Below, one piece after another: positions 47,107 to 59,583 of a stretch of 64,000 bases of DNA (the first letter of the stretch is position 1; every line of letters begins with the position of its first letter). The stretch is from an uncultured Verrucomicrobiae bacterium (lineage in GTDB: Bacteria; Verrucomicrobiota; Verrucomicrobiia; Chthoniobacterales; UBA10450), in NCBI GenBank assembly GCA_963702135.1, contig OY969715.1, forward strand, positions 1,539,187 to 1,603,186, read 5' to 3'. The position numbers were made by a program, and so were the translations under genes. The notes under the pieces were generated by a model. That model was given only the letters and a program-made list of their open reading frames with translations. It had not been told where the DNA came from and ran no database searches.

Positions 47107-50009
47107 GGGATGGTGACCTGGAACTCTGGAGGGATCGGCAGCAATTGAGTAAGAGCGCTCCGCACGCGCGGAAATTTGCGGCGAATTTCGTCAAAGGAGA
47201 TGTCTGCTCCCGCGAGGACGCCTTCGTGGCCGAGCCTTTCCAATTCGCGCAAGGGCTGCGTGAACGCCTCCACACCGCAGGAGAGGCTGGAGCCGACCAA
47301 CTTGTGGGCGATGCGAGCGACCTCGTCGCCCGAATTAGTTTGGATCGCTACTTCGAGGTCGTCCAACAGGGGAATAGTTTGAGCCAAATAGAGCTCGATC
47401 AAGCGCTGCATTTGCTCCGGGTCGCCATCGGCGACTTCGTGGAGCTGTTCGATGTCCAGCAAGCGTTCGCTCGGCAACGGCCCTGTTGTGGGGCGAAACT
47501 CCGCTGAGCCATCGCTGGGTCCCACGGCCCCGCCGAGCGTCGCCCTGGCGGCTGCCTCGTTAGGCACAGCGGAAACGGTCCACATCGATTCTGCGTCGAT
47601 GGCGCATCGTCGATCCAGGGCTGCTTTGAGTTCGCTCTGCCGCACTGGCTTGCTCAGATAATCGCTCATCCCCGAGGCGAGACACTTTTCGCGATCACCC
47701 TCCATGGCATTGGCCGTCATCGCGATGATATGAATGGGCGCTTTCCAATCGAAGGGCGCTGCGCGTTTTTGCTCGAGTTGCCGGATGCGGCGCGTCGTCT
47801 CATACCCATCAAGCTGGGGCATTTGGCAATCCATGAAGACGACGTCGTAACGAATACGTTGGAGTGCTTCCAAGACTTCCGTCCCATCGGCCACGGCGTC
47901 CGCCCGATAGCCAAGTTTCCGCAACAGGCCTGTTGCTACCTGCTGGTTTACGGCGTTGTCCTCGGCCAGGAGGATGCGCAGTTTCCGAGCTGTGGGAGTG
48001 GGAGCGGGGGGAGGCAAAGTTGGCGAAGCTTTGTCTGCCTGGCTGATGGAAACGGAGACCTCCCCGGCCATGACTGTCGCAAGAGAGTCGAAGAGAAGCG
48101 ATTGCTTGACCGGTTTCACAAGGCAATCGTCAATGCCCGCGGCTTCAAGTTCCTGGGGATTGAGCCGGCCTCCGAAGGAAGAGAGGAGGACGAGCCGGAC
48201 GCCTGCCAGTTTACTTTCGGCTTTGATGCTTCGCGCCAGCGTCAGTCCGTCTGTCCCGGGCATTTGCAGGTCCAGGAGGGCAACCTGATACGGAACACCG
48301 GCGGCCTGGGCGGCGCGCAATTCGGTGAGAGCACCGATCGCATCCTCAGCCACGCCAGTTTTCATCTTCCAGGCGCGCGTTTGGTGGAGGAGGATCTGTC
48401 GGTTGGTTTCGTTGTCATCCACAATAAGGACACGCAGGTCCAGGAGTTCCCCCCGAATCACATCCTGAGCGCGAGCGCCCTCTGGCTGCCTGATCAGGCG
48501 GGCCGTGAACCAGAAAACAGAGCCCTGGCCCGGCGTACTCTCGACCCCAACCGCGCCGTGCATGCGCTCGATCAGTTGCTTGGAGATGACGAGGCCCAGA
48601 CCCGTGCCGCCGTACTTCCGCGTCGTTGAGCCATCGGCCTGGCTGAAAGGTTGGAAAAGGCGCGCTTGCGCGTCTCCCGAGATGCCAATTCCGGTGTCTT
48701 TCACCTCAAAGCGCAAAAGCGCATCCACGTCCGTTTCGCTCTCGACTGAAACCTTCACCACCACTTCACCTCGTTCGGTAAATTTGATGGCATTACCGAC
48801 AAAGTTGATGAGGACCTGGCGCAATCGGCCGGGATCGCCCCGGAGATGCACTGGCACGTTGGATTCCACAAGGCAGGCAAGTTCAAGACCCTTGCTCTCC
48901 GCCCGTTGCGCCAGCATTTCCAAGCTGCCATGGACCGCCTCGTAGAGATCGAAATCGAGTTCTTCAAAGTCGAGCTTGCCCGCTTCGATCTTCGAAAAAT
49001 CCAGAATGTCATTGATCACGGTGAGCAATGACTCGCCACTGCTTTGGATTGTCTCCGCGAAGCCCCGTTGCTCCGCGTCCAGTTCGCTGTCCAGAAGCAG
49101 ACCGGTCATGCCGATGACGCCATTCATCGGTGTGCGAATTTCATGACTCATGTTGGCGAGGAACTCGCTCTTGGCGCGATTGGCGGCTTCGGCATTCTCC
49201 TTCGCGATGAGCAATTGCCGATGCGTGCTTTCCAGTTCCGCCGTTCGCTTCTCCACGCGCTTCTCCAGATGGTCGCGAGCTTCTTGCAAGGCGCTGTCCT
49301 GCGTTTGAATCTGACTCAGCATCTCGTTGAAACCGTCGATGAGCCGTCCCAATTCATCTTCGCCCTGCTTCACCGCCCGCACGGAATAATTCTTCTCGCT
49401 GGCGACGATGTCGACGACGCTGGCCAGATGAAGAATTGGCACGGTGATGAAGCGCTGAAAGCGGCTCGCGAGCGCAAACGCCACGAGCAACGAGACGCAC
49501 AGCACGACTGCCAGCGCCTCGCCGTAGAGCTTCAGGAGATTCGTGCGTGTCGGGCTAAGGTCGGTGCGTAGATAAAGAGTGCCGAGCCGCTTTCCATCGA
49601 TCGCCACCGGAGAAGCGAACAGGATATCGGACCCGATAAAGCGATACCCCTCAGTGAGGGAGCCCTCTGCGGACTTGTCGTGTCCGCCGTCCCGATCCGA
49701 TCCCGTGACGTGCTTGCCATTGGCGAGCACGAGGCAGGCGGTTTTGATGTCGGACCTGTTTTCCACACTGGCGAGCATTTGCACCGCTGCGTCATGATCG
49801 TTGAAGGCCACGGCAGCCGAGGAATTGTGAGCCATGATTTGGCCGAGCGCCGACAGATCACGAACAAAATGCGATTTGATCGTGATTGTTTGAAGAACAA
49901 AGAGCGCAGCCAAAGCGAGGACGAGCACGGTGCCGCAGGTCAGCAGAATGACCAGGATAAGCTTCTTTCGTATGGGAAGGTTGTACAGGCGGTTCATGGC
50001 GGAGTTCAT
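47103..50009 (-). CDS. hybrid sensor kinase (TM, periplasmic CHASE8-like domain, TM, HAMP, HisKA, HATPase, REC, REC, Hpt)
   Basis: [52 protein letters not shown]. Receivers [10 protein letters not shown] and [10 protein letters not shown]...[12 protein letters not shown]. Hpt [12 protein letters not shown]. Start overlaps the upstream stop. Confidence 0.92.
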   Translation of the reverse strand: MNSAMNRLYNLPIRKKLILVILLTCGTVLVLALAALFVLQTITIKSHFVRDLSALGQIMAHNSSAAVAFNDHDAAVQMLASVENRSDIKTACLVLANGKHVTGSDRDGGHDKSAEGSLTEGYRFIGSDILFASPVAIDGKRLGTLYLRTDLSPTRTNLLKLYGEALAVVLCVSLLVAFALASRFQRFITVPILHLASVVDIVASEKNYSVRAVKQGEDELGRLIDGFNEMLSQIQTQDSALQEARDHLEKRVEKRTAELESTHRQLLIAKENAEAANRAKSEFLANMSHEIRTPMNGVIGMTGLLLDSELDAEQRGFAETIQSSGESLLTVINDILDFSKIEAGKLDFEELDFDLYEAVHGSLEMLAQRAESKGLELACLVESNVPVHLRGDPGRLRQVLINFVGNAIKFTERGEVVVKVSVESETDVDALLRFEVKDTGIGISGDAQARLFQPFSQADGSTTRKYGGTGLGLVISKQLIERMHGAVGVESTPGQGSVFWFTARLIRQPEGARAQDVIRGELLDLRVLIVDDNETNRQILLHQTRAWKMKTGVAEDAIGALTELRAAQAAGVPYQVALLDLQMPGTDGLTLARSIKAESKLAGVRLVLLSSFGGRLNPQELEAAGIDDCLVKPVKQSLLFDSLATVMAGEVSVSISQADKASPTLPPPAPTPTARKLRILLAEDNAVNQQVATGLLRKLGYRADAVADGTEVLEALQRIRYDVVFMDCQMPQLDGYETTRRIRQLEQKRAAPFDWKAPIHIIAMTANAMEGDREKCLASGMSDYLSKPVRQSELKAALDRRCAIDAESMWTVSAVPNEAAARATLGGAVGPSDGSAEFRPTTGPLPSERLLDIEQLHEVADGDPEQMQRLIELYLAQTIPLLDDLEVAIQTNSGDEVARIAHKLVGSSLSCGVEAFTQPLRELERLGHEGVLAGADISFDEIRRKFPRVRSALTQLLPIPPEFQVTIP

Positions 50010-50527
50010 TTTGCGCGAGCCAGGAGGAGGAGCTGCGAGCTGATCTTCAATTGAGCCCGGCTGGCAGCGTCTTGATTGACTTCAAAGCGAATCTTGCCGC
50101 GAGCCAACGCCAGGCCCAGCATGCCACCGTTTTGCGTAAAACCGTCGATTTCGCTGACCGTGAGCACGCTCGAATCGCCCAGTGTCCGCAATATTCCTTG
50201 GATATGGTCGCGCTCGGAGTAGCTAATGAAGAGAACGTGGACGGTGGCCGCCTCCGCGAGACTAACGCGACGGACCGTAATCCGATGCTGCTGCACGGTC
50301 TCACCTTTCACAATCTCCTGGAGGGACGAACCGAATGGATTGTCCCCCAAAATACCGATGACAAGAGGTGAATCCGCGTCGCCCAATGCGGCCGCAGGCC
50401 ACGAGACGAAGCGGGCAGCGTTGAGGACGCATACAGCCTTTACCTGATACTCAAGTAAGGCTTCGGCGGCGAAGAGCCTCGAGCCAGAGGAGATTAGCGC
50501 TACAAAAAGGATGAGTGTCCGCATCAC
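50006..50527 (-). CDS. YfiR-like (DUF4154) periplasmic protein
   Basis: Signal [38 protein letters not shown]...[11 protein letters not shown]...VHVLFIS...[12 protein letters not shown] pattern of DUF4154. Its 3' end (50006-50009) overlaps the kinase start codon (ATGA). Confidence 0.8.
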   Translation of the reverse strand: MMRTLILFVALISSGSRLFAAEALLEYQVKAVCVLNAARFVSWPAAALGDADSPLVIGILGDNPFGSSLQEIVKGETVQQHRITVRRVSLAEAATVHVLFISYSERDHIQGILRTLGDSSVLTVSEIDGFTQNGGMLGLALARGKIRFEVNQDAASRAQLKISSQLLLLARAK

Positions 50528-50532
50528 GGCCT

Positions 50533-52551
50533 CTAGAAGCGGTAGGTTAACTTAAGGTGAAAAGTGCGTCCGTTTTGCTGAATGCTATCCTGAACGTGTT
50601 CTGCTCCGCCGGGAAACGCATATCTCCTGTCGAAGAGATTATAGAGGCTGGCCGACGCCTCGAGGTTCTTCGTCAGATTTCGACTGAAAAGGGTCCAATT
50701 AACGAGTAGAAAACTGGCCGTCGATTGATGCAGCAAGTTCTCGGTCTCGCTGGAATATTGAAGCTCGAGCCCGCTGAAGAGTTTGTCCCGATAAAGTGGA
50801 ACCATGAGACTGAACTTGGCAAGGTGCTTCGGCGAATTGCTGAAAAGCTCGCCCGTCAGGGCGTCAGTTGTGCGCTGGAGTGTGTAGCTGGTCCGTACCT
50901 TGAAACTCTTCGGCAACGTCGCTTCGATCTCCACGCTTCCACCTCTTGTTTCGGCCAGGCCGGTGTTTTCGAAGAAGAATTCGTTGGAAACCGCGTCAAA
51001 ACCCTCGGAGATCAGGCCACTAATCCTATTGTTGAATCCGGACGCGCTTAGCCGCAACCCAGGGGTTACGGTCTGCTCCAGCACCAACTCGTAACTTTTA
51101 CTGCGCTCTGGTTGGAGATTGGGATTGAATCGATAGCCAGGAAGCAGATAGGAAAATTCATACGTGTTTGGAGCACGGTAAGCCTGGCCGTAGAGGAGCT
51201 TAAGCGTAGTCTTGTCCACGGGATGCCAAATCAACGCAGTGCGTGGGTTCAATGTACTGCCGAATAACTCAAACCAGTCGTAACGCAGTCCCCCATTGAA
51301 AGTGAGACGCTTGGTAATGGCCCACTCGTCCTGGAGATATATGCCAAACGTTGATGTTTCTGCCTCGAGCTTAAAAAGGTCTTCATGCGGGGAAACGTAG
51401 TAGTTGGCCAGCCTCAATTTCGTATTGTTTTGAAAGGCAAGTCCCATAGTGAGGTGGTGAGTCTTAAAGACCTGCTTGCTGACTTCCAGCTCCCCGATCC
51501 ACCACTGTGCGTTCACTATGTCGCGGTCGATGGTGGACCGACGTGGCTCAAGATCATTCAAAGCGTAGGGATAATCTCCCTTCGAATAATAGGAGTTCGA
51601 CGAAACGTTGGCGCGAATGCTGAAGCCGTCCTCAAAATTGTGCGCGTAGCTGAGTCTGGTAAAGCTCCGCTGATCCAGAAGGTAGAAACCAGGATCATTA
51701 AAGACCGTTTGGTAGGAGCCTGTTGGAACATTTTTGCGCCTGGAAACGTAACCGCCCTGGAGCGTAAAGTCCTTGTAGCTCAGCGTCAGACCCACGCTCT
51801 CGAAGGAATCGTTATCCAGTTCCTCGGCCACTCCGTTATTGTTTGCGGGTTGATTAAATTCCCTGAAGTAAAGCCGATCGTTCCCAACGCTGGTAAAGCG
51901 CGTGCCGGTCAACAGGACGGAAAGACCGTTGCGGAAGACCTTTCCGTAAGTCAGGCGACCCTTGTAGGTTTCCAGGCTTCCAGCCTCACCGGAAACTTCG
52001 ACGCCATCAATATCCGCGGCCGTGCGGGTGATCACGTTAATCACCGCGAAAAAGGCGTTATTTCCATAGAGGACGGAACCGGGGCCGCGAATCACCTCAA
52101 CCCGCTCGATCAGGTCGACGTCGATTGGAAAATCGTTTAGGACGCCGGCGCTGTCGTAGATGGGATCATTCATGCGCAACCCATCGACGAGGATCAGGAT
52201 GCGACCCCCGAAGTCCCCGGGTCGATTGAATCCACGCACGCCGATGTAGCCATAGTTGCGGTCATCTGAGACGTAGAAGTCGCGGACACTCCGGAGGATG
52301 TCGGCGAGCGTGCGATGGCCGAAAATCTGAATTTCCTCCCGGGTAACGATAGTGACCGACGAAGGAGCATCGGTGATTCTTTGCTCATGTTTCGACGCGC
52401 CGTAAACGGTCGGAATCTTGATCTCCATGATCTCGTCGATGCTCAAGCTCTTGAGCTTCGTGAGGTCAGTCGAATCCTCGGCACTGCGGACGGAGGACGC
52501 CGAGCCAAGGAGGGCAACAATGCCTGCGATGATTGGGATCTTTCTATTCAT
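50533..52551 (-). CDS. TonB-dependent outer-membrane receptor
   Basis: Signal sequence, then plug ITDAPSSVTIVTREEIQIFGHRTLADILRSV...IGVRGF...ILILVDGLRMND...IERVEVIRGPGSVLYG. Barrel ending LKLTYRF. Confidence 0.92.
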   Translation of the reverse strand: MNRKIPIIAGIVALLGSASSVRSAEDSTDLTKLKSLSIDEIMEIKIPTVYGASKHEQRITDAPSSVTIVTREEIQIFGHRTLADILRSVRDFYVSDDRNYGYIGVRGFNRPGDFGGRILILVDGLRMNDPIYDSAGVLNDFPIDVDLIERVEVIRGPGSVLYGNNAFFAVINVITRTAADIDGVEVSGEAGSLETYKGRLTYGKVFRNGLSVLLTGTRFTSVGNDRLYFREFNQPANNNGVAEELDNDSFESVGLTLSYKDFTLQGGYVSRRKNVPTGSYQTVFNDPGFYLLDQRSFTRLSYAHNFEDGFSIRANVSSNSYYSKGDYPYALNDLEPRRSTIDRDIVNAQWWIGELEVSKQVFKTHHLTMGLAFQNNTKLRLANYYVSPHEDLFKLEAETSTFGIYLQDEWAITKRLTFNGGLRYDWFELFGSTLNPRTALIWHPVDKTTLKLLYGQAYRAPNTYEFSYLLPGYRFNPNLQPERSKSYELVLEQTVTPGLRLSASGFNNRISGLISEGFDAVSNEFFFENTGLAETRGGSVEIEATLPKSFKVRTSYTLQRTTDALTGELFSNSPKHLAKFSLMVPLYRDKLFSGLELQYSSETENLLHQSTASFLLVNWTLFSRNLTKNLEASASLYNLFDRRYAFPGGAEHVQDSIQQNGRTFHLKLTYRF

Positions 52552-52811
52552 GATTGCTTTCGGTGTCGTGACCCGCTTTTCGAACCCCGCCCGGAAACGG
52601 TATCTGCTACGGAATTCACCACCTACGTATTAGCTCCCCCTATACCCGAGCCCACCCGGCTTTTACGTACTTCGAATGTTGGGTTCTACGGAGACGCAGT
52701 TCTGCGCAGCTGCGTCGGAATGGGGTTTTAAGGGATGTCAGGCCGGAGCCTGATGGGTGAGGGCCATTAAGTCCAAAATCCGCACTGAAATTTGTTGAGC
52801 CGATAAGGACT

Positions 52812-54929
52812 TCAGCCCATCGCACCCCTGGCCCCGAGCTTATCGAGGGTGGAGCTCTGCGCCTCAGCGAGCGCCGACTTCAGGTCGACCATTCGCAACG
52901 GCTTGCAGATGTAACTGTCCATCCCCGTGGTGAGACACCATTCCCTGTCCCCCTGCATTGCGCTTTCGGTCATGACGATAATATAGGGTTGAGGGCCGGT
53001 CCTTTTGCGCACTTGCCTCGTCGTGTCGTAGCCGTCGAGCACCGGCAATTGGCAATCCATCAAGATAATGTCGTAAGGTATCCGGTTGAGTGCTTCCAGC
53101 ACTTCGAGGCCATTAGTGACACTATCGGCCGCATATCCGAGCTTCTTCAGTTGCGCTGTGGTGAGGAATTGGTTCACGGCGTTGTCCTCGGCAATCAAAA
53201 CGCGCTGAGGCGACCTAGCTCTGCTCCCATGATTTGGTTCAGTCCTCAGTTCGCGATGGTCGACGGCCGTTATTTTCCGCGCTGGAACTCGAGCGGTTCC
53301 TTCGGATTGTTTGGGCAATTCTACCGTAAACCAGAAGGTGGAACCGCCGCCGGATGAGCTTTCCACTCCGATATCGCCGTTCATCTTCTGCACCAACTTT
53401 TTGGAGATCGCCAACCCCAGCCCCGTCCCTCCGTAGCGTCGCGTCGTCGAGCTGTCTGCCTGGGTGAAGGCCTGAAATAGTCGGGCCTGTGTTTCGGGGT
53501 GGATTCCGATTCCTGTGTCGGTAACGCGAAAACGAAGAGATGCCATCTCCCTGGTTTGTCGATCGACCGAGATATGCACCTTTACTCCGCCCTTGGGAGT
53601 GAATTTAAGCGCGTTCCCAATCAGATTGATCAGCACCTGCCGGAGGCGGCCACCGTCGCCGCGCAACTCGGTTGGTACATCCGGGTCGACCCACGCGCCT
53701 AACTCCAGGCCCTTGGACCTGGCCGTTTCCTTGAGAAGCTCCAATGTGCCCCGCACCACTTGCGTCAGGTCGATGTCGCCAATTTCCAATTCCAGTTTCC
53801 CGGCTTCGATCTTCGAAAAATCCAGGATGTCGTTCACGATCGTGAGGAGCGCCTCGCCGCTGAGCTGGATCGTCTCGACGAATTCCTGCTGCTCTTTGCT
53901 TAGGGAGGTATCGAGCAACAGGCCTGTCATGCCGATTACGCCATTCATGGGTGTGCGAATTTCGTGACTCATGTTCGCGAGGAATTCGCTTTTGGCGCGA
54001 TTAGCTGCTTCGGCCGCTTCCATTGCTTTATGGAGAGCAGCACGCCGCTCCTCGTCGCGGGAACGCTCCAGACGTAAGACGGAAGCCAGGCTCCAAGCCA
54101 GAGCCGCACAGAAAAGCGCCGATAGGATGACCGAAGAGATAGCAGTGGACGAGCGGAGACCGAGAATTCCAGCTTGCTCCCCCTGGAGTCGCAGCCACCC
54201 CATCAAGAAACTCAGAACGAAAGCCAGAGGAATCAGGCGACGGAGCATGATTCCGCGGATGTCATTAGCAGCAAAGATCTGGCAAAGATATAATTGGGGT
54301 CTGGCGAAAAAACCGCCAACGGACAGGAGAACAAGACAAATGGAGACAAAAGGAGCGACGGGGGATCGAGGATCCTGAGCATAAAACCAAGTGACCCCAT
54401 AGCAATACGACGTCACAACCAGAAGGGTTGGAAAAAACGTCACCAGACAGAGGACCTGGCTTAGGGGCGGTTTTTTGTAGCGAATATCGAGAACGGCAAG
54501 AGCCGTTCCTAAAAGCACGAAAGCGACGGCGGTATTGCCGGCCATGTCAATTAGATAAGGGCGGTCAGAAAAAAGAAGGGCATCCGGACCGGGAGAAAAA
54601 TGAAATTGAAGATGGGCAAGCTTCGAAAGCCCAACCAGAAGGAGAAGAGAACAAAAGAATCGCCCTAACCAGAAAGCTTTGCTTCCCGCTGGGCACTTAG
54701 AGAACCAGAGGGCGGCGCAGGCGAGCATGATACCGATAGCGCTCAGAGGATTCATCCCACCGGCGGTTGGAGCATAATCGACCAGCCATGCCGCAAAGCA
54801 GGCCAAAGCGACGGAGAGGGCTAGGACCGATGTAACGCGCGGCAGATGTGTCAGGGAACGGGGCAGAATGACGTTGATCTCATCGGTCTCCTTCCCGGGA
54901 GTCGGTTCCTCTTTTAACTTGGCCATCAC
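52812..54929 (-). CDS. hybrid sensor kinase with multi-pass membrane sensor domain (HisKA-HATPase-REC)
   Basis: About 8 hydrophobic segments. [61 protein letters not shown]...[15 protein letters not shown] at 54929 or ATG at 54926 is coupled to the upstream stop. Confidence 0.9.
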   Translation of the reverse strand: MMAKLKEEPTPGKETDEINVILPRSLTHLPRVTSVLALSVALACFAAWLVDYAPTAGGMNPLSAIGIMLACAALWFSKCPAGSKAFWLGRFFCSLLLLVGLSKLAHLQFHFSPGPDALLFSDRPYLIDMAGNTAVAFVLLGTALAVLDIRYKKPPLSQVLCLVTFFPTLLVVTSYCYGVTWFYAQDPRSPVAPFVSICLVLLSVGGFFARPQLYLCQIFAANDIRGIMLRRLIPLAFVLSFLMGWLRLQGEQAGILGLRSSTAISSVILSALFCAALAWSLASVLRLERSRDEERRAALHKAMEAAEAANRAKSEFLANMSHEIRTPMNGVIGMTGLLLDTSLSKEQQEFVETIQLSGEALLTIVNDILDFSKIEAGKLELEIGDIDLTQVVRGTLELLKETARSKGLELGAWVDPDVPTELRGDGGRLRQVLINLIGNALKFTPKGGVKVHISVDRQTREMASLRFRVTDTGIGIHPETQARLFQAFTQADSSTTRRYGGTGLGLAISKKLVQKMNGDIGVESSSGGGSTFWFTVELPKQSEGTARVPARKITAVDHRELRTEPNHGSRARSPQRVLIAEDNAVNQFLTTAQLKKLGYAADSVTNGLEVLEALNRIPYDIILMDCQLPVLDGYDTTRQVRKRTGPQPYIIVMTESAMQGDREWCLTTGMDSYICKPLRMVDLKSALAEAQSSTLDKLGARGAMG

Positions 54930-57900
54930 AAAGCAGATTCATTTTGTGCGACGAACGGTCGCGGCTGGTGAAATTCGGATTCAGCCTGTTTTGAGTCCAA
55001 GAGACCGACGGCACCGCTTGTCGCCTCATTGAGCGCAGCCTTCAGATCGGTGATCCGCGTCGGCTTACAGATGTAGCCGTCCATTCCGGCTGCCAGGCAC
55101 AATTCTCTGTCGCCCTGCATCGCGCTGGCGGTCATTGCGATAATGTGAGGTTGATGACCTCCCCTGAGACGCACTTGCCTGGTCGTCTGATAGCCGTCGA
55201 GCTTCGGCATTTGGCAATCCATCAAGATGATGTCGTAGGGAATTTGGTTGAGTGCTTCCAGCACTTCGAGCCCGTTGGCAACGACGTCAGACGCATAACC
55301 AAGTTTCCGCAGTTGAGCGAGGGCCACCTGCTGGTTCACAAGGTTGTCCTCGGCAATCAAAACGCGCTGAGACCGGACAGATTCGGGCGCCTTAGGCTGG
55401 CGATGAGTGATATCCTTTGTTTCTTGTGGTACGACTTGAGCGACACCTTTCGCTTGTTTTGGGAATTCGACTGTGAACCAGAACGTGGAGCCTGCTCCGA
55501 CGGAACTCTCCACGCCGATGTCTCCGTCCATTTTCTCCACCAGCTGTTTGGAGATCGCCAACCCCAGGCCCGTGCCTCCGTAGCGTCGCGTCGTCGAGCC
55601 GTCTGCCTGGGTAAAGGCCTGAAAAAGTCGGGCCTGTGTTTCGAGGTCGATTCCGATTCCTGTGTCGGTAACGCGAAAGCGAAGAGATGCCATCTCCCTG
55701 GTCTGTCGATCGACCGAGACATGCACCTTTACTCCGCCCTTGGGCGTGAACTTTAGCGCGTTCCCAATCAGGTTAATCAGCACCTGCCGGAGCCGGCCGC
55801 CGTCGCCGCGCAACTCGGTTGGTACATCCGGATCGACCCAGGCACCTAACTCCAGGCCCTTGGACCTGGCCGTTTCCTTAAGAAGCTCCAATGTTCCCCG
55901 CACCACCTGCGCCAGGTCGATGTCGCCAATTGCCAATTCCAGTTTCCCGGCTTCGATCTTCGAAAAATCCAGGATGTCATTCACGATCGTGAGGAGCGCC
56001 TCGCCGCTGAGCTGGATCGTCTCGGCAAATTGCTTCTGTTCTCTGGTTAAAGAAGTGTCCAGGAGCAAGCTCGCCATGCCGAGAACCCCGTTCATTGGTG
56101 TGCGAATCTCGTGGCTCATGTTCGCAAGAAATTCGCTCTTCGCGCAGTTGGCTGCTTCGGCTGTATCCTTGGCCCCTCGAAGTTCGACTTCTGCCTGTTT
56201 GCGCTCAATGAGCAGGGCGATCTGGTCACCGACGGAGGAAAGAAACTCCAAGTCGTCCGGACTGTAAGCATTCTCCTTTTCGTAATGCTGCACCGCCAGA
56301 ACCCCGATGGTGCGCGTGGGGGTCCGCAACGGCACGCCTAACCAGGACGTTGAATCGGATCCGCTCTTTGCGACCGCCTCTTGGTCGAACAACTGTGCTT
56401 TGAGTTCTCTGGTGAGCAGAAGAGGTTGACCCGTGCGCACAACATAGCTGCTGCGCGTAAAGCCATTGGAAATGGGTTGGGCCGGAGGCACAGGATCACG
56501 TTTGTCGACCCAAAATTCGAAATGGATCAGATCGGTCCTGGGATCGTGTAAACCGACGAAACAGTTTTCTGCGTAGAGAACCTTGCCGATTGAGCGGTGG
56601 GCCAGGGCCAGCAATTCGTCGATATTGCTCGTTGTAATGACGCCTTGCACGATTTCGGAGATGACCTGGCGCTCGGTTTCCTCCCGCTTCCGCTCGGTTA
56701 TGTCCTGCGCCGTGCCCATGATTTGCCAGGCCGCGCCGTTTGGGCGGCGGTTGAAGACGCTGTCGCGGCTCCAGATCCAAACGAGGTCACCACTGGCGTG
56801 TGTCATGCGATACTCGATATCGATCGTGCGATCGTCCCGCACGTCGGCAAATTGAGCGAAATGCTGCGTCACCCGCGCCAAATCCTCAGGATGCACGATT
56901 GTTGCGAGGAGGTCGTCGCCCATCTCGAGGATTTGGGCGGACGAATATCCCAGTGATTGCGCGGCATCGCGGTTCGTATAGGCGTTCTTGCCGGTCTCGA
57001 GATCGAAGAGATAGATAATGTTCGTTGAGTTCTCCGCGATGCTCTCCGCGAAATGCTTGCTCTCGCGCAGGGCCTCGTTGGCGCGCGAGATTTCCATCTC
57101 TGCCCGCTTGCGTTCGGTGATGTCCACGCAGGCACCGGTCATGTAGAGGGGCTGGCCGGTGTCGTCGCGAAAGGTCTTCCCCTTGTCACCCAGCCAGTGA
57201 AGGGTGCCATCAGGCCATTGGACCCGGAACTCCATTGCGAAATCTGCTCCTTCGCGCGCGCAACGCTCGCAGCCTTCGATCACCCCGGGTCGATCATCGG
57301 GATGCACCGCGGCGATGAATGTATCCAGCGAACGGACGGTGAGTCCAGGAGGCAGGCCGAAGAGAGAATCCAGCGAATCATCCCAGCTCAGCGCATTGGT
57401 GCGGAGATCCCACCGGAAAGTGCCGGTGCCGGATGCCGAGAGGGCGGCTCGCAATCGCTCGTCGCTCACCCGCAGCGCTTCTTCGGTCCGCTTGCGCTCA
57501 GTAATATCCTGAATCGTCCCGTAAAGGCTAAGAACTCGGCCACTTTCGTCCTTCCTGGGCACGGCCATCGCTTGGACATGGACTCGTTCGCCGCCCGGTC
57601 GTAGCGCCACAAGCTCGTATTCCTGGGCTTCCCCCGATTCGATCGCCCGGGTGGTATATTCCTGAAGAATCGCGCCACTCGCCGCGTCGTAGAGGGCAGC
57701 GTGATCCTCCAAGCCTTGTGGGGGTCCATGGCTCGGGTCCCGCCCAAGAATCTCAAATACTTGCGGCGACCAGGTAATCGCCTGGGTGGCCAGATCCCAC
57801 TCCCAGTCCCCGATTTGCGCGATCCGCTGCGCTTCATTCAGGCGCTGCAATGTTTGGTCGGCCGCCTGTTCGGCACGCTTGCGTTCGGTGATGACGCTCG

Positions 57901-59551
57901 CGGATGGGACGAGGAAGACCACCTCGCCAGTCTCGGCTCTCAGCGGTTGGAGGGAAAAATCCACGTCAACGGCCTGGTCTCCAGCTCCCCGGATCTGGAC
58001 GTCGTAACGCGAGGGCTCTCCGCGCGCCCCCCGCTCGACGGCCTCGCGCAACTGTCGTTGCGCTTCCGGTGAGTGAGCCCACCAATGAGTGTCAGCGAAT
58101 GGCTTGCCCAGGACATCTTCCGGTTGCAACCCAGCCGCCGCCAGCGCAGGCCGGTTGCACTCGATTAAGATTCCCTCGGGCGTCATCAATCCGACGAAGA
58201 TGGAAGGTCCGACGCCATCGATCAGATCGCGCAAGCGCTTTTGGCTGCTCCGCGCTGCCTCCTCCGCGTGCTTGCGTTGGGTGATATCTTCGAGTGTGCC
58301 TTCGAAGCAGGTGATTTCCCCGTTGCTCTCACGAACAGTCCGCACATTCTCTGAAACCCAAACCCGGCTGCCGTCTCGGCGATAAATTTCGGACTCAAAC
58401 CCACTCACAAAGCCGTTCTCCCCGACGCTGCGCATAAACTCTCCCAGACGGGCCGGATCGACGTAGCCGAAACTCCGGGTGGCGCGAGGCTCCAGGATTT
58501 GATCCGGCGACGAAAATCCCAGGATGCGTGCGGCCGCGGGGTTAACGGAGAGGAATTTTCCATCGGGCGTCGTCTGGTAGATTCCTTCCGCAGCGTTTTC
58601 GAAAATAGCGCGGTAATTGCCCTCTGCTTTTCGCAGAGCTTCGTCCGCGTTCTTGCGCTTGGTGATGTTGTCGAAGATCGCCACGAAATACTCTTTCTGC
58701 GAGCTGTACACAGTGATGGAAAGCCAGAGGTCTAAACCATTCACGTATGTCTCACATCTCTCCGGATTGCCAGTCAGCGCCACCCGGCGGTAGACGTCGA
58801 ATAGTTCAGGGTTGGTTTCTTTTATTCCAGGAATGAGGTCACTGACGTTCTTACCGATGACATCCTCCAAACCGGTTAGTTTTCTGAAGGCGCTGTTTAC
58901 TTCCAGGTAGGTGAAATCCCGCAACTGGTCCTGCTCGAACACCGTCCGGCAATACGCGTAGCCTTCCAGCATGTTCTCAAAGAGGGAGTGATAGCGCAGT
59001 TCGCTTTCTTTAAGCGCCGTCTCCGAGCGCTCGTGCTCAACCAGTTTGTGCGCCAGTTCCCGCAAGCTCTTTCGCAATTCCAGTTGCGCAACCACCTGAC
59101 GGCTCAAGGCCTGCAAGGCGACTTTCTGAGCAGGGGTTAACTCGCGTGGAACGCGATCCTTCACGCATAACATGCCAATCGAGTGACCGTCGGGTGTTAC
59201 CAGAGGCGCGCCGGCGTAAAATCGAATCTTGGAGTCACCCGTAACGAGTGGATTTGCCGCGAACCTTTCGTCCGTTCGCGTGTCTGCAACTTCGAAAAAA
59301 TCCGGCTGCAGAATCCCGTGCGCGCAGAAGGCGATGTCGCGAGGCGTTTCGCTTTCTGTCGTCCCGATCTTGGATTTGAACCACTGCCGCTCCTTATCAA
59401 CGAGACTGATCAAGGCAATGGGGGTCCCGCACACCTGCGAAGCCAGGAGAGCGATATCGTCAAAATCCTGTTCCGAATCCGTATCGAGGACCTCGTAACG
59501 AGCCAGCGCTTTCAACCGCTCGATTTCGTTGGATGGGAGAGGGGCTTTCAT
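54926..59551 (-). CDS. giant cytoplasmic GAF / multi-PAS / GAF hybrid histidine kinase (about 1540 aa)
   Basis: Likely start [23 protein letters not shown] (the ORF is open to 59623). The N-terminal GAF is homologous to that of 26921..30445. At least 6 PAS units, then a second [29 protein letters not shown]. HATPase. [13 protein letters not shown]...[12 protein letters not shown]. Confidence 0.9.
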   Translation of the reverse strand: MKAPLPSNEIERLKALARYEVLDTDSEQDFDDIALLASQVCGTPIALISLVDKERQWFKSKIGTTESETPRDIAFCAHGILQPDFFEVADTRTDERFAANPLVTGDSKIRFYAGAPLVTPDGHSIGMLCVKDRVPRELTPAQKVALQALSRQVVAQLELRKSLRELAHKLVEHERSETALKESELRYHSLFENMLEGYAYCRTVFEQDQLRDFTYLEVNSAFRKLTGLEDVIGKNVSDLIPGIKETNPELFDVYRRVALTGNPERCETYVNGLDLWLSITVYSSQKEYFVAIFDNITKRKNADEALRKAEGNYRAIFENAAEGIYQTTPDGKFLSVNPAAARILGFSSPDQILEPRATRSFGYVDPARLGEFMRSVGENGFVSGFESEIYRRDGSRVWVSENVRTVRESNGEITCFEGTLEDITQRKHAEEAARSSQKRLRDLIDGVGPSIFVGLMTPEGILIECNRPALAAAGLQPEDVLGKPFADTHWWAHSPEAQRQLREAVERGARGEPSRYDVQIRGAGDQAVDVDFSLQPLRAETGEVVFLVPSASVITERKRAEQAADQTLQRLNEAQRIAQIGDWEWDLATQAITWSPQVFEILGRDPSHGPPQGLEDHAALYDAASGAILQEYTTRAIESGEAQEYELVALRPGGERVHVQAMAVPRKDESGRVLSLYGTIQDITERKRTEEALRVSDERLRAALSASGTGTFRWDLRTNALSWDDSLDSLFGLPPGLTVRSLDTFIAAVHPDDRPGVIEGCERCAREGADFAMEFRVQWPDGTLHWLGDKGKTFRDDTGQPLYMTGACVDITERKRAEMEISRANEALRESKHFAESIAENSTNIIYLFDLETGKNAYTNRDAAQSLGYSSAQILEMGDDLLATIVHPEDLARVTQHFAQFADVRDDRTIDIEYRMTHASGDLVWIWSRDSVFNRRPNGAAWQIMGTAQDITERKREETERQVISEIVQGVITTSNIDELLALAHRSIGKVLYAENCFVGLHDPRTDLIHFEFWVDKRDPVPPAQPISNGFTRSSYVVRTGQPLLLTRELKAQLFDQEAVAKSGSDSTSWLGVPLRTPTRTIGVLAVQHYEKENAYSPDDLEFLSSVGDQIALLIERKQAEVELRGAKDTAEAANCAKSEFLANMSHEIRTPMNGVLGMASLLLDTSLTREQKQFAETIQLSGEALLTIVNDILDFSKIEAGKLELAIGDIDLAQVVRGTLELLKETARSKGLELGAWVDPDVPTELRGDGGRLRQVLINLIGNALKFTPKGGVKVHVSVDRQTREMASLRFRVTDTGIGIDLETQARLFQAFTQADGSTTRRYGGTGLGLAISKQLVEKMDGDIGVESSVGAGSTFWFTVEFPKQAKGVAQVVPQETKDITHRQPKAPESVRSQRVLIAEDNLVNQQVALAQLRKLGYASDVVANGLEVLEALNQIPYDIILMDCQMPKLDGYQTTRQVRLRGGHQPHIIAMTASAMQGDRELCLAAGMDGYICKPTRITDLKAALNEATSGAVGLLDSKQAESEFHQPRPFVAQNESAL

Positions 59552-59583
59552 TTGCCGAGTCTGGTGAGTCGACGGGGCTGTTC

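Noticed and set aside
52560-52600. GGTTCGAA (T-loop-like) string examined as a possible tRNA or tmRNA fragment.
   Set aside because: The flanks do not form a T-arm or acceptor stem, and no cloverleaf can be drawn.
52552-52811. Possible cobalamin riboswitch upstream of the TonB-dependent receptor (GGTGGTGAATTCC and CAGATACC resemble parts of the consensus).
   Set aside because: I could not find the conserved GCCACTG/B12-box core or the expected paired elements. The gene context (YfiR-like gene plus kinase) does not suggest B12 uptake. It is kept only as a low-interest long-leader finding.
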